From: the human T2T-CHM13v2.0 reference genome, Homo sapiens
Length of the DNA stretch: 64,000 bases
Assembly (NCBI RefSeq): GCF_009914755.1
Contig: NC_060935.1
Direction: 5' to 3' (one strand)
The notes below the pieces were generated by a model, which saw only the letters and a list, made by a program, of their open reading frames with translations, did not search any database and was not told the DNA's origin. Numbering within the stretch: position 1 is the stretch's first letter; each line of letters begins with the position of its first letter. Of this stretch, positions 49,062 through 61,480 are shown one piece after another. The translations under genes were made by a program, and so were the position numbers.

Positions 49062-51343
49062 GATGTTTACACTATATTGTAGTCTATTAAGTGTACAATA
49101 GCATTATATCTAAAAAAAAGTATATACCTTAATTAAAAATACTTTATTGCTAGAAAGTGCTAATGAACATCTAGCCTTCAGTCAGTTTTAATGTTTTTTG
49201 TTGGTATAGGATCTTGCCTCAGTGTTGATGGTTGCTGACTGATCAGTGTAGTGGTTGCTGAAGGTTGGGGTGGCTGTGGCATTTTCTTAAAATAAGATTA
49301 CAATGAAGTTTACCACATCAATGGACTCTTCCTTTCATGAAAGACTTCTCTGTAGCACGCAATGCCTGTTTTATAGCACTTTATGCGCAGAACAACTTCT
49401 TTCAAAATTGGAGTCAGTCTTCTCAAACCCTGCCACTGCTTTGCCAGCTGTTTATGGAATATTCTAAATCCTTGTCATTTCAACAGTGTTCATAGCATCT
49501 CCATCAGGACTAGATTCCATCTCAAGAAGCCACTTTGTTTGCTCATCTGTAAGAAGCAGCTCCTCATCCATTAAATTTGTTCCTGAGATTGCATCAATTC
49601 AGTCACATCTTTAGGCTCCACTTCTAATTCTAGTTCTTTTGCTCTTTCCACTACATCTGCAGTTACTCCCCTGACTGAAGTCTTGAACACCTAAAAGTCA
49701 TTTGTGAGGGTTGGAATCAGTTTCCTCCAAACTCCTGTTGATGTTGATATTTTGACCTCCCACGAATCACAGATGTTCTTAATGTCATCTGAAATGGTGA
49801 ATCCTTTCCAGAAGGTTTTGAATTTACTTGGCCCATATCCATCAAAGGAATCAGTATCAATGGCAGATATAGCCTTAAAAATGTATTTCCTAAATAAGAC
49901 TTGAAAGTTGGAATGACTCTTTGATCCCTGGGCTGCAGAATGGATGTTGTGTTAGCAGGCATTAAAAATCATTAATCTTCTTGAATGTCTCCAACAGAGC
50001 TTGTGGGTAACCAGATGCATTGCTACTGAGCAGTAATATTTTGAAAGGAATCTTTTCCTGAGCAGTAGGTCTCAACAGTGTGCTTAAAATATTCAGTAAA
50101 CCATGCTATAAACAGATGCACTGTCATCCAGGCTTTGTTGTTCCATTTACAGAGTGCAGGCAGGTTAGAGTTAGCATAATTTTTAAAGGCTCCAGGATTT
50201 TCAGAAAAGTAAATGAGTATTCACTTCAGCTTGAAGTCACCAGCTGCATTAGCTCTTAACAAGACAGTTAGCCTGTCCTGTGAAATTTGAAGCCAGGCAT
50301 TGACTTATTCTGTCTAGATATGAAAGTCCTGGATGGCATCTTCTTCCAAAAGAAGGCTGTTCCATCTACATTGAAAATCTGTTTTTAGTGTAGCCACTGT
50401 TATCAGTGATCTTAGCTATCTAGATCTTTTGGATAACTTGCTGCAGCTTCTACATCAGTATTTGCTGCTTCATCTTGTATTTTTATATTACAGAGATGGC
50501 TGCCTTCCACAAACCTCATGAACCAATCTCTGCTAGCTTTAAACTTTCCTTCTGCAGCTTTCTCACCTCGTTAGCATTCTAGAATTGAAGAGTTAGAGCC
50601 TTGCCCTGGATTAGGCTGTGGCTTAAGGGAATGCTATGGCTGGTTTGATTTTTCTCTCCAGACCGCTAAAACTTCCTCCATATCAGCAATAAGGCTGTTT
50701 TGCTTTCTTATCATTTGTGTGTTCATTGGAGTAACACTTTTAATTTCCTTTAAGAACTTTTCCTTTGCATTCATAATTTGGCTAAGTGTTTGGCCCAAGA
50801 GGCCTGGCTTTCTTCCTGTCTTGGCTTTCGACATGCCTTCCTCACTAAGCTTAACCATTTCTAGCTTTTGATTTAAAGTGAGAGATGTACAACGCTTTCT
50901 TCCTCTTGAACACTTAGAGGCCATGGTAGGATTATTAACTGGCCTAATTCCATTATTGTTGCGTCTCAAGGAATAGGGAGGCCCGAGGAGAGGTAAAGAA
51001 ATTGGGGAACGGCCTGATGGTGGGGTAGTAAGAGCTCATGTATTTATTGATGAAGTTGTTGTCTTATATGGGTGTGGTTTGAGGTGCCCCAAAATGTTTG
51101 CAATGATAACATCAAAGATCACTGATCACAGGTCACCAGAACAGATATAATAATAATAAAAAAGTTTGAGATATTATGAGAATTCCCAAAATGTGATACA
51201 AACACATGAAGTGGCACACGAGGTTGGAAAAATAGTGCTGGTAGACTTACTGCGTTCAGGATTGCCATAGACCTTCAGTTTGTGAAAAATATAATACTTA
51301 TGAAGCTCAATAAAGTGAAGCACAGCAAAATGAGATTTGCCTG
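48826..51343 (-). mobile_element. Near full-length Tigger1 (pogo-family) DNA transposon with decayed transposase
   Basis: Both ends present (..catacctc.. and ..gagatttgcctg). ORF 50634-50969 gives [56 protein letters not shown]; ORF 49717-49962 gives [19 protein letters not shown]. Confidence 0.95.
48923..49059 (+). mobile_element. 5'-truncated AluY (right-arm part) inside Tigger1
   Basis: gagaatggcatgaaccc..gagcttgcagtgagccgagat; A29 tail; TSD aaaagtgat at 48914-48922 and 49056-49064. Confidence 0.93.
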
Positions 51344-51833
51344 CACAGTTTCTATATCGAGTGGAGGTCTGTTCTTTAGATCAATAATTGATGTTCTCAC
51401 CTGATTGAGAGGGCCAGGAGCAAGGACCATGATGAAGGGAATCAAAGCCACAAATATAAATCATAATGAGTAAAACAATAACAGTTAACTGTTTTTGGTT
51501 AAATGTGCCAGCCCCTGTGCACAGTGTGGGTTGTCTCATCCAAATTCTTCCAACATCTCAGTACAGTAGGTACGATATTGCCAAACTTTGGCAGACCTGG
51601 TTCAAGTCTGGACTCCTCCATGCAGCTTTGGGAATGGGTTAACCATGTACCTTTGGGAATATAGTGTCTGCCTTTCTAAGCCTTAGTTTCTCATGTCAAA
51701 CAAGGACAGTGATGTCCTTGCCTCATGGAATGATGGATGGCTGAAAATAAAGTAATACACATACAGCACTTGGCATACAAAATGGGCCATAAAATGATGG
51801 CTATTTTTATGATTAGGTGGAAACTTTTGTTTC

Positions 51834-52460
51834 TTTTTTTTAGTTGTCAAATGATCCTTTATTGAAATGTTTTCCTTTGTGCTTCTTAACTAGCTGGGGA
51901 TTCTACCTGCACCACTGTTGATGTCATGAAGTGGCAGCCATCAGCATTGCAGCTCACAGACTGGGCAGTTCCCAGGATCTCTTTAGTGGTTTCAGAGAGT
52001 TCTCTGGCTAAAGATCAGTGCCACATCTGTGAAGCAATGTTGACAATCTCATCAAAAGTGATATTTCCATTGTGTTTAATGTTTTTCTGTTTCTTTCCAT
52101 CTCTTTGTGGTTCCTTGAGGGCTTTGCAGAAACCCTTCTGGCAGTGGCAGATGGTACCACCTCACTCTGGGTCTGTTCTGAATGGTCAGTTTCACTATAA
52201 TCCTTAGACCCTTCCAGTCACCGGTTGCCTTGGCAGTGTCATCACCAACCTTTTTTGCAGACATACCCAGAGGGCCAATCTTGGGGGCCAGCACAGACAT
52301 GGCATCAACTTTATCCAAGGTACACCTCAGGTATACGACTTTGATCTTGTTGGGGTTGAACTTCAGTGGTGTGCTGGAGGCAGCTGGTGTCAGATGAACC
52401 TGGATTCAGGATGACCCAATAAAGTTGCACCTTGGCCTCCTCCAAGCCGAAAGCCAAAAG
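51834..52460 (-). pseudogene. RPL12: Processed pseudogene of ribosomal protein L12 (uL11)
   Basis: Minus-strand [36 protein letters not shown]; 5'UTR/TOP cttttggctttcggc..gaggaggccaaggtgcaac; ATG mutated to ACA; frameshifts; TAA at 51886-51888; AATAAA at 51858-51863; T-run; degenerate TSD gtgga(a/g)act. Confidence 0.96.
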
Positions 52461-52469
52461 TGGAGACTA

Positions 52470-52600
52470 TTCTTATTCCTATTTTACAGATCAGGAAAGT
52501 GAGGCTTAACTAGATTATGAATTCAAGGGTCACAGCTGCAAAGTGGTGGGGCTGGGACTGGAGTTCAGGTCTGTCGGACTCTGGCCTCCTGTCTTTTCGC
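52470..52600 (-). mobile_element. MIR
   Basis: attttacagatcaggaaagtgaggctt..caagggtcacagct. Confidence 0.75.
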
Positions 52601-53629
52601 TGTCATCTGATAATTGGCTGAAGATGTCGGGTTTCTAGAAGAGGCTGTGGCGAGGGCACTGGGCCTTTGCTGCCTTTTCAGATTGGACGGTCTTCTCTAG
52701 AAGGGAGTTGACTCAGCCAGGTGGCAGCCAGGGACAGGGTCAGGGCGTTCACTGGAGGAGGGTGCTTGCACCACCTGTTAACATGGGACTCCCCCAGGTG
52801 TTGTCTTTCATTTCCTTTTTCTCTAACCCTGGGATTACTGAGGCTGAGGAGGTGTTTACCACCTCCTTTTTAAAGGGGGAACTCTGAGCTGATTTTTGGT
52901 AGTGCAAATTTCCTAGTCATATGCTTTCAATATGTGTTTGTTTTTTGTTCTTGTTGTCTGTCAGAGATTATCATCTGTTGTGGCAGAGAAAGGCATTTTT
53001 CCTCCTCCCTCTTCTCTGATGCTTGCAAACGCTCCTAGTGGCCAATGAACATTGGATGCACCCATGAAGTAGAATCCACACATTTAATTCTAGATTGATT
53101 CTCTGAGGCCTTCCCTGCCAGGCTCCTTTCAGCCAAGCATATTCACCCTTTGTCAGGCTTGTGTGCTCAGCTATGTGAAATGCTCAGAGCCTGTTGGGCA
53201 GGCTGATCTAAACAAACAAACAAACAATCAAACAACAAAACAAAAAACAGTCCTAGAATGAACCTCTGGAGAGGAGTATCCTGGATTCACTTGGAAAATA
53301 TCCTCTGTGGTTCCAGGGAGGTCAAAGATGTGAGCCCAGGGGTCTGTGGTTTATGAAGGTTGCAGATCTCTAATTAGGGTCTTGGTCTGATGGCTCCAGG
53401 AATCCTCTGGATTCGGAGTAGTAATAGTAATAGCACTTTAAAGTAGGCTCATTACTAGAGCGGTTATTGCTTTTGTTCGAAATGGCCCATCTAAGTCAGG
53501 CCCTATTAAATAGAGCAATTTAACTGACACTTAGCGTCTTTAGGGAGATAAATTATCCTTTGGCCTGGTCACCTCCACTTTGAAATTTGATCATTGGTAT
53601 GAGTCCTGGGAGAGTCGTTCAGGCAGATG

Positions 53630-54000
53630 CATTTGTTCATGTAAGCCCACATTTCAGTCATTCGTTCAGGACACATTTAATGAGGGCCAACTCTATACCT
53701 GACACTGTGTAAAGCCCTGGATGTGTGATAACAATGAAGAGGACATGGGCTCTGCTTTTAAGGAGCTCACAGCTTTTATTCAGTCACGAAACATCGATTG
53801 GGCACCTACTGTGTGCAAAAAGCCCTGTGCTTGGTATTGCACGGGAGACAGGTTAGTGGCAGAATGTGTGTGTTCATGGGGCCTTTATGATCTGTGTAGA
53901 GAACAGACTTACAATCAGTTAACTGGGTGCAGCCTAGAACCGAATGTATGTTATAAAAGAGGTGCAGGAAAGTGCTGCGACCCTGAGGATGCAGAGGTTC
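53630..54000 (-). mobile_element. L2 3'-end fragments
   Basis: cattcgttca..acatttaatgag.. and gcacctactgtgtgc motifs. Confidence 0.55.
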
Positions 54001-54559
54001 CTTCAGTTGGTTGGACTGGAGTAGCCTCATGGTAGTGGTGGCATTACTGATCCTTGAAGAATGTCCTCTCTGTTGAGAGTCAGCCAGATTACCCGGAGAA
54101 ACGGCGTTTAAAGCAGGACTGCTCCAGGGGCCTGGCTGCAGCCACAAGCCTCTCCAGAACCGAGCCTGCCCCTCCTCATCTCTCCTGCTGCCTGCAGATT
54201 CACTCCTTCTTGGTGTTCTTGGCTTCTCATTGGAGGCGGCTGCGTTCTCATCCTACCCACTACTTTCTCCAGGCTTCATGTCCACGACCTGCCCAATCCC
54301 AAGTCTCCCTCACGCTCTTCCATTCAGCTCCTTTGGCTAACCCAAAGTGCACTAATTCTGAAGACCCAAAGGGAGGGGTGTATCACCTCTTTGTCTTTTC
54401 TGGAGCTCCACGTGTGTCACTGGCCTCCTGGAAATCTCCTGTTGGATCAAAGGCCCCCTGTGGTGCTGTCAGCCATGGCAGGGTCCTCCCCAAGGGATGA
54501 TGGTGACCTACTCATGAGGGCCCCAGGCCTAGTAATATCCAGGCAGGGTGATCCTTGCA

Positions 54560-55300
54560 TCCTGTGGATGCAACATTATTGCTCAGAGAAGGTCTCTGCC
54601 TGTGCCCATGGAGACATTTACAAGGATGCTCATTGCAGGTCTGTCTGCAGTGGTAAACATTGGAAATGGCCTCATTATCCATCTCAGGGGACTGGGTAAA
54701 TAAATTACGGTACTACTATGAAGTGGAATGCTATCCAGCAACGAAAATGAATAGGCTAGATCCTCACACATCGATGCAGATAAATCTCTAAGGAGACTTT
54801 AGAGTAGGTAAAAGGAAGGATCTATATGGTATAATGCCACTTGAGTTTATTTTAAAAGCACACAAAACTCTGTGTATGTGTGTATGTACATATTATATAG
54901 CATATATTTTTGTATATATGTGTAATATATGTATACATGCTATATACTATATAGTGTAATATATGTATATATAATATATAACATATATAATATAAATACA
55001 CACCATGTATAGTGTTTTATGTCTGTACACACATACACACACAGTTGAAATGTATGTGGTAAAAGTAGAAAATGAGTTGTAAAGCAGATACACACTGGGA
55101 TTGTGGTTAAAATGGGAAAGGAACAAAGAGAAAGGAAGATGGGTGAGAGGGTCTTTTCAACCATCCATCTCAGTAATATTTTATTACTTAAAAAAGATAG
55201 GAAATGATGGCAGAATACTAAAATTTATGAATTTGGGGTCTGGTTCCATGAGCATTTATTATGTTAACTATATTTCTTTATATGTGTGAAATATTTAATG
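54560..55300 (+). mobile_element. L1ME-type 3' fragment with TA-rich low-complexity tract
   Basis: caaggatgctcattgcag..ggaatgctatccagca..; TA-rich tract at ~54870-55040. Confidence 0.65.
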
Positions 55301-55895
55301 CTGTTAAACGGTATGTCTAGAGAATGGGAGGTTGTTTGGGGTGTCTGGAACTTAGTTTGTTGGGAGGAAATATCCTGGATGATGAAAGTAGGAAGGCAGG
55401 TGGAACCTTGGTCATGCAGGCCATGAGTCTTCAAGCTGGGGCGCGTGACATGGAGATGGTGACATGACCCATCCTCGGTGTGGGAAGGGCTGGAGAGGGA
55501 AGGAGCTTGGGGGCCAGGAGGCTGGATAGGAGGCTGCTGTAGTGGTTCCAGCAGAGTGGGTTGAGAGCCAGAGGTGGGCGGGTAGGGGATGCTTCAGAGG
55601 GTCCCCAGGGAAGCAGAGACACGTGGGAAGGATGGGAAATGTGTGGTTAGATTCTGCAGGAGTCCCTAGCACTGAGTCCTTCACACTCAAGGAGTGTTGG
55701 CTGTTGAAGTGGTAGAACTGGTTTACCCATACCTTGAGGGTTGTGTGTTCTCTCTATTCAGTGGTACTTTCTTTCGCAGGAAAGTGCCTGGAAAAATAGA
55801 TGACAGCCAGAAAGAGAGCTTGGAGAAAAAAATGACTCCAAGGAGAAGGTGGTCATTTCCTAGAGTCTGGCTTGTCAGTTGTAAGTCTGTATTCT

Positions 55896-56052
55896 GTTTT
55901 TGTTTTTATTATACTTTTAAGTTTTAGGGTACATGTGCACAACGTGCAGGTTAGTTACATATGTATACATGTGCCATGTTGGTGTGCCGCACCCATTAAC
56001 TCGTCATTTAACATTAGGTATATCTCCTAATGCTATCCCTCCCCGCTCCCCC
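55896..56052 (-). mobile_element. Very short young L1PA (L1PA3/4-like) 3' end
   Basis: ttattatact..agggtacatgtgcacaacgtgcaggttagttacatatgtatacatgtgccatg; TSD aagtctgt(a/g)ttct at 55883-55895 and 56053-56065. Confidence 0.93.
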
Positions 56053-56450
56053 AAGTCTGTGTTCTTGATATGTAAAATATCTATTATATTTCCAAAGTAC
56101 AAACTAGGATGACACTTATTACAGAAAGATTCTGTAGAGGAATTCTTTATTGAGCTCCATGTATGTTTACCTGAGTAGTTTCTTTATAAAAAAATCTTTT
56201 AATCTAATAATTTGGGTGAAATGGTTGCTTCAGAATCAAAGCTCAACCTACTTTGACTTACTGTTTGGCAGTTTGTTTCTGTGGTGGTCTTTAACCTCCC
56301 CTACAATCGTAAAAAATAAAAAAGGGCTTTTGTTGCTGTTTTTATTGTTCTTTGTTTTAGAAAATACAGTTGGAAAGAAGAAAATAAAAATCACCAGTAA
56401 TCCTATCATTCAGAAAATGTTGGCATAGTATTCTTTCAGTTATATTGTAT

Positions 56451-56453
<3 letters not shown>

Positions 56454-56487
<34 letters not shown>
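56454..56487. repeat. (GT)n microsatellite
   Basis: Pure GT run. Confidence 0.97.
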
Positions 56488-56488
<1 letters not shown>

Positions 56489-58397
56489 ACATAATTTGTA
56501 ACGTTCTTTTTAAATTTTATATACAGCGGACATTTTTCTATTCATTAAAAGCATTTCTAACTTGGTTTTCACTCAGACTTTTTTACCCCAACTCTTTTGG
56601 TTAGTATAGTTTTAAAATTATTAGCTTTATTTTTTGTCGTTTATGTTGTTGAAAACAATAGGCTTTTAGGTTACTTGAGACCCAGTGAGCAGCTCTGTTC
56701 TAATATTAATTAACATTTACAAAACACAAAGGGCCCCTTTTGCTGGGGCTCCTCGTCTAGGGGGGTTGCTTTCGCATTTCTTCTAAACCAGTTTTAATTG
56801 CTGTATTGAATTGAATCCAGTAGATGTTCCATAAGTTATTTAACTACTCCCTGCTTTTGGGCTTTGTGTTGTTTCCAGGTTTTTGTTGTTACAAACATCA
56901 CTGTGAATGACAGGTTTGTAGCTATTACTAGCATACACTTAACAGTCATTCCTGTTGATCAGAAAAATCCCCAGAAATTCCACATCCCTTTGTTCCTCCA
57001 GAGTTGAATGGCTTGCAGCAGAGACAGCTGCCTGGCACTGGCCCCGTAGGTCAGGAGCCTGGAGCTCACTGCTTTGTGCATGTGTTGTCACTCCTTCCTG
57101 TGTCGTCCTCATCATCCCTTCAACGACTAGAGTCAGAGCTGGTGTTGCATGATTCTGTTCCTGTGACTGTCCTGCCTGGAGAGGAGCACGTGCGATCATC
57201 TCAAAGGCCCCATTGATACCCTCAGCTAACATCATCTCCCGGTGCTTTTTCTAACTCTGGCTTATCTTACCAGCCACCCAGGGTCACACTAGGTCTTCAT
57301 CAGGCCCGTCCTGGACTGGGGAGGGTCCACTGGAACCTCACTTGGCTTTAGGACAGTGAGTGTCATCGAACTGGACAAGGTCAGAGGAAGTCAGAAATGT
57401 TATTCCTGATAAATAGCTTGCAAAAATGATTTTAGCCTGGCTTGCTTCACTGGAGAAGGGCCCCTTTGGCACACCTACCACATTGCTTCCCACTTTCCAG
57501 TAGAAAAGAATTAGAGATGGACTGCCTAAATAATAAGGTGGCATTTATGCCATAGAAGCTCACAGGCATCCTACAAATGGAATATGTAAGAACAGCTATT
57601 TCCCGTACAACAGTGCCCATTTTATCCCTTAGCTTTCTGGCATATAGAGTAACCTTGCATGTGTTATTACGTTATCATCACATTTTGTTAGGGAAAACCG
57701 TACACATTTCCAATTAAGACAAAGAATGTGCAATTTCCTGAAGTCAGGATTGAGGTCATAACTTTGAGTGCTCAAGAATTCCAAGTTTAATTAAGCCACC
57801 AAATGCTGTTGATAAAGAGAAAATGCCCTATCAATATCAGAGGTGATGAGAGGGTGATCTGGCTGTGACAGGTCACTCTTCTAATGGCCAAGCCTGATCT
57901 TACCTGGCCTGGCTGGTGCAGGAAGTATCTCCTATTAGAGTGAGTGTGTGTCACATCTGGAAGCTGCCAGGTTCTGTTCTAATACCCTTTTCTGTTTCAG
58001 TAGAGACTACACACAGATTTTGCCACTGTGAATGGGGTGTGTTGCTTTTCTTCCATATTAACTGTATTTTCTCAGCCTTTCCTGTTGAAGCCTGAGTCCT
58101 TTCAGTCAGGAGGCCTGTGAGCTTCCAAGCTGAGTGGACTTGGAGGGAAAGTGAGAGAATGTTGATAGGGTCTTACAGCAAAAATGAGCCCTGTGACATC
58201 CTGTCTCTTGGAAGGGTTGGAATGCTTTTGTCCCTGTTCTAAAGAGTCACTCTCCAGGGACAGAGCATCATGTTAGTTCAGCTTAGATTACATGATCTCC
58301 CTTTGGCTAGAAAGGGTAGAACCTCTGCCTATGGTCCTACTACATTATAGCCACTGAGAAAGTGATAATTCAAATAAAGTAGAAGGAGAATGGATGT

Positions 58398-60732
58398 TGT
58401 ATTAGTCCGTTTTCACATTGCTATAAAGAACCACCTGAGACTGGGTAATTTATGAAGAAAAGAGGTTTAGTTGACTCACAGTTCCATAGGTTTAACAGAA
58501 AGCATGGCTGGGAGGCCTCAGGAAGCTTACAATCATGGTGGAAGGCGAAGGGGAAGCAAGCACCTTATTCACATGGTGGCAGGAGGGAGAGAGAGAGAGT
58601 GAAGGGGGAAGTGCCACACACTTTTAAACCATCAGATCTCATGAGAACTCACTGTCACAAAAACAGCAAAGGGGAAATCTGCCCCATGATCCAGTCACTT
58701 CCCACCAGGCCTCTCCTCCAATATGACATGAGACTTGGGTGGGGGCACACATCCAAACCAAATTATTGCACCCGTGACCCCTCCCAAATATCATGTCCTT
58801 TTCACATTGCAAAATACAATTATCTCTTCTCAACAGTCCCCTAGTCTTATTTCAGCATTAACTCAGAAGTTCACAGTTCAAAGTCTTATCTGAGACAAAG
58901 TAAATCCCTTCTGCCTATGAGCCTGTAAAATCAAAATCAAGTTAATTACTTCCAAGATACAATGGGGATACAGGTATTGGGTGAATGCTTTTGTTTCAAG
59001 TGGGGGAAATTGGCTGAAAAAATGGGGCTGTAGTCCCCACACAAGTCTGAAACCCAGCAGGGCAGTCATTAAATCTTAAAGCTCCAAAATGATCCCCTTT
59101 GACTCCATGTCTCACATCCAGGGCACACCGATGCAAAAGGTGGGCTCTCAAGGCCTTGGGCATCTCTGCTTCTGTGAGTCTGCAGGGTACAGCCCCCATG
59201 ACAGCTTTCACAGGCTGGCATTGAGTGCCTGTGGCTTTTCCAGGTGCATAGTGCAAGCAATCAGTGGATCTACATTCTGGGGTCTGAATAATGGTGACCC
59301 CCTTCTCACAGCTCTACTAGGCAGTGCCCCAGTGGTTACTGCGTATAGGGGCTCCAACCCCACATTTCCCGTCTACATTGCCCTAGTAGAGGTTCTGCAT
59401 GAGGGCTCTGCCCCTGCAGCAGACTTCTGCCTGGACATCCAGGAGTTTCCATACATCCTCTGAAATCTAGAGAGAGGTTCCCAAACCTCAACTCTTGCCT
59501 TCTGTGCACCCACAGGTCCAACACCATGTGAAAGTTGGCAAGGCTTGAGGCTTGCACCCTCTGACACCACAGCTTGAGCTGTACCTTGGCCCCTTTTAGC
59601 TGGAGCTGGAGTGGCTAGGACACAGGGCACCACGTCCCAAGGCTGCAGAGAGCAACTGGGTCCTGGGCCCTGCTCACAAAACCATTTTTCCCTCCTGGCC
59701 TGTGATGGGAGGGGCTGCTGTGAAGTTCTCTGAAATGCCCTGGAGACATTTCTCCTGTTGTCTTGGCTATTAACATTCAGCTCCATTTTACTTATGCAAA
59801 CTTCTGCAGCAGGGTTGAATTTCTTTCCAGAAAATAGGGTTTTCTTTTCTACCACATGGCCGGGCTGCACATTTTCCAAACTTTTATGCTCTGCTTCCCT
59901 TTTAAATATAAGTTCCAATTTCAGATAATCTCTTTGTTCATGCATATGAGCATACACTTTTAGAAACAGCCAGGTCATGAATGCTTTGCTGCTTAGAAAT
60001 TTCTTCTGTGAGATACCCTAAATCATCTCTGTCAAGTTCAAAGTTCCACAGATCTCTAGGGCAGGGGCAGAATGCCACCAGTCTCTTTGCTAAAGCATAG
60101 CAAGAGTGACCTTTACTCCCGTTCCCGATAAGTTCCTCATCTCCATCTGAGACCACCTCAGCCCGGACTTCATTGTCCATGTCACGATCAGCATTTTGGT
60201 CAAGAACATTCAACAAGTCTCTAGGAAGTTCCAAACTTTCCCACATCTTCCTGCCTTCTTCTGAGCTCTCCAAACTGTTCCAACCTCTGCCCATTACCCA
60301 GTTCGAAAGTCACTTTCACATTTTCTGGTATCTTTACAGCAGTGCCCCACTCCTGGTACCCATTTTCTGTATTAGTTCATTTTCACACTCCTATAAAGAA
60401 CTGCCTTAGACTGGGTAATTTCTGAAGAAAAAAGGGCTAATTTACTCTCAATTCTGCAAGCTTAACAAGAAGCATGACTAGGAGGCCTCAGGCAACTTAA
60501 AATCATGGCAGAAGGTGAAGGGAAAGCAAGGACCTTCTTCACATGGTGGCAGGAGAGAGAGAGCGCGAAGGGGGAAGTGCCACACATGTTTAAAGCATCA
60601 GATCTCATGAGAACTTGCTATCACGAGAGCAGCAAGGGGGAAATCCATCCCCATGATTCAGTCACCTCCTACTAGGCCCCTCCTCCAATTCGACATGAGA
60701 TTTGGACAGAGACACAAATCCAAACCATATCT
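58398..60732 (-). mobile_element. Complete MaLR provirus (THE1D/MSTA-type): LTR 58398-58765, internal region 58766-60367, LTR 60368-60732
   Basis: Two homologous LTRs (tgtattagt...caaacca.at); ~1.6-kb internal region with MaLR ORF remnants (GRGWNSLE.SEE.RKMWESLELPRDLLN..DNEV.AEVVSDGDEELIGN); gatgt flanks at 58393-58397 and 60735-60739. Confidence 0.95.
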
Positions 60733-60989
60733 AAGATGTTGAGCAACTTAAACAAAAACTGCGCCCTTGCCCACTATAGATGCCCACTCGTTCCTCATCC
60801 CACAGGAAATATGGGCTCAGAGACCTCAATGGTGGGTAGCATCATTGAGTGTTTTCCTCTAGCCCCAGCAGTTTGATTCTGTTTAATCCTTCTTTTCTCC
60901 CTAAATTATGTGGGCGCCATAGTTACCAGAGTTACAATTAATTCACAGATTAGGGGAAAAGCCATGACTTTAGGAAGCATATGGATGAA

Positions 60990-61480
60990 TTAAAATGTTG
61001 GCTTTTCTACTCATTAGCTGGATGCTCTTGACTTTTCCCAGCCTTGGTTTCCTTAAGGGTGCAGTCAAGGGGATGAGATGCCTCCCAGAGTTGTTCTGAG
61101 AATTAAATGGAACAGGTTTAGTGAAAGCGCTGAGCTGTGTGCCAGGCACATACGAAGTAGGAGTTACTGAATGGATGTGTGATGGTGGTTCACCCTCCCC
61201 GAATCCCAGACTGGGCACCTTGGGCTCGCTGCCTCTCCATAGCTGCTGCAGTTCCTAGTGTTTAAGAGTGTGGGTTTTAGAGTCATACAGACCTGGGTTC
61301 CATGACTGTCTGATTATGTTTCCTTGGGCAAGTTTTTGAACTCTCTGAGCCTTAGTTTTCTCCTCTGTAAACTTAGCACTGGTTCCTTCCTCCATCACAT
61401 GGTGGTGGTGAACAATCCCATGACAATGCAGGATGTAGATATTTAGCTCAGTGCCTGGTGCATAAATAGTGCTCCACTGT
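60990..61480 (+). mobile_element. Two MIR copies
   Basis: gagttgttctgagaattaaatg..; tagagtcatacagacctgggttc..ccttgggcaagt..ctctgagccttagttttctcctctgtaaa. Confidence 0.75.

Noticed and set aside
52712-52730. CTCF-like motif cagccaggtggcagc (similar ones near 4510 and 8075)
   Set aside because: Partial matches only; cannot be supported without PWM scoring or ChIP data
59373-60294. 201-aa and 118-aa ORFs as a host gene
   Set aside because: They are frameshifted remnants of the MaLR internal ORF
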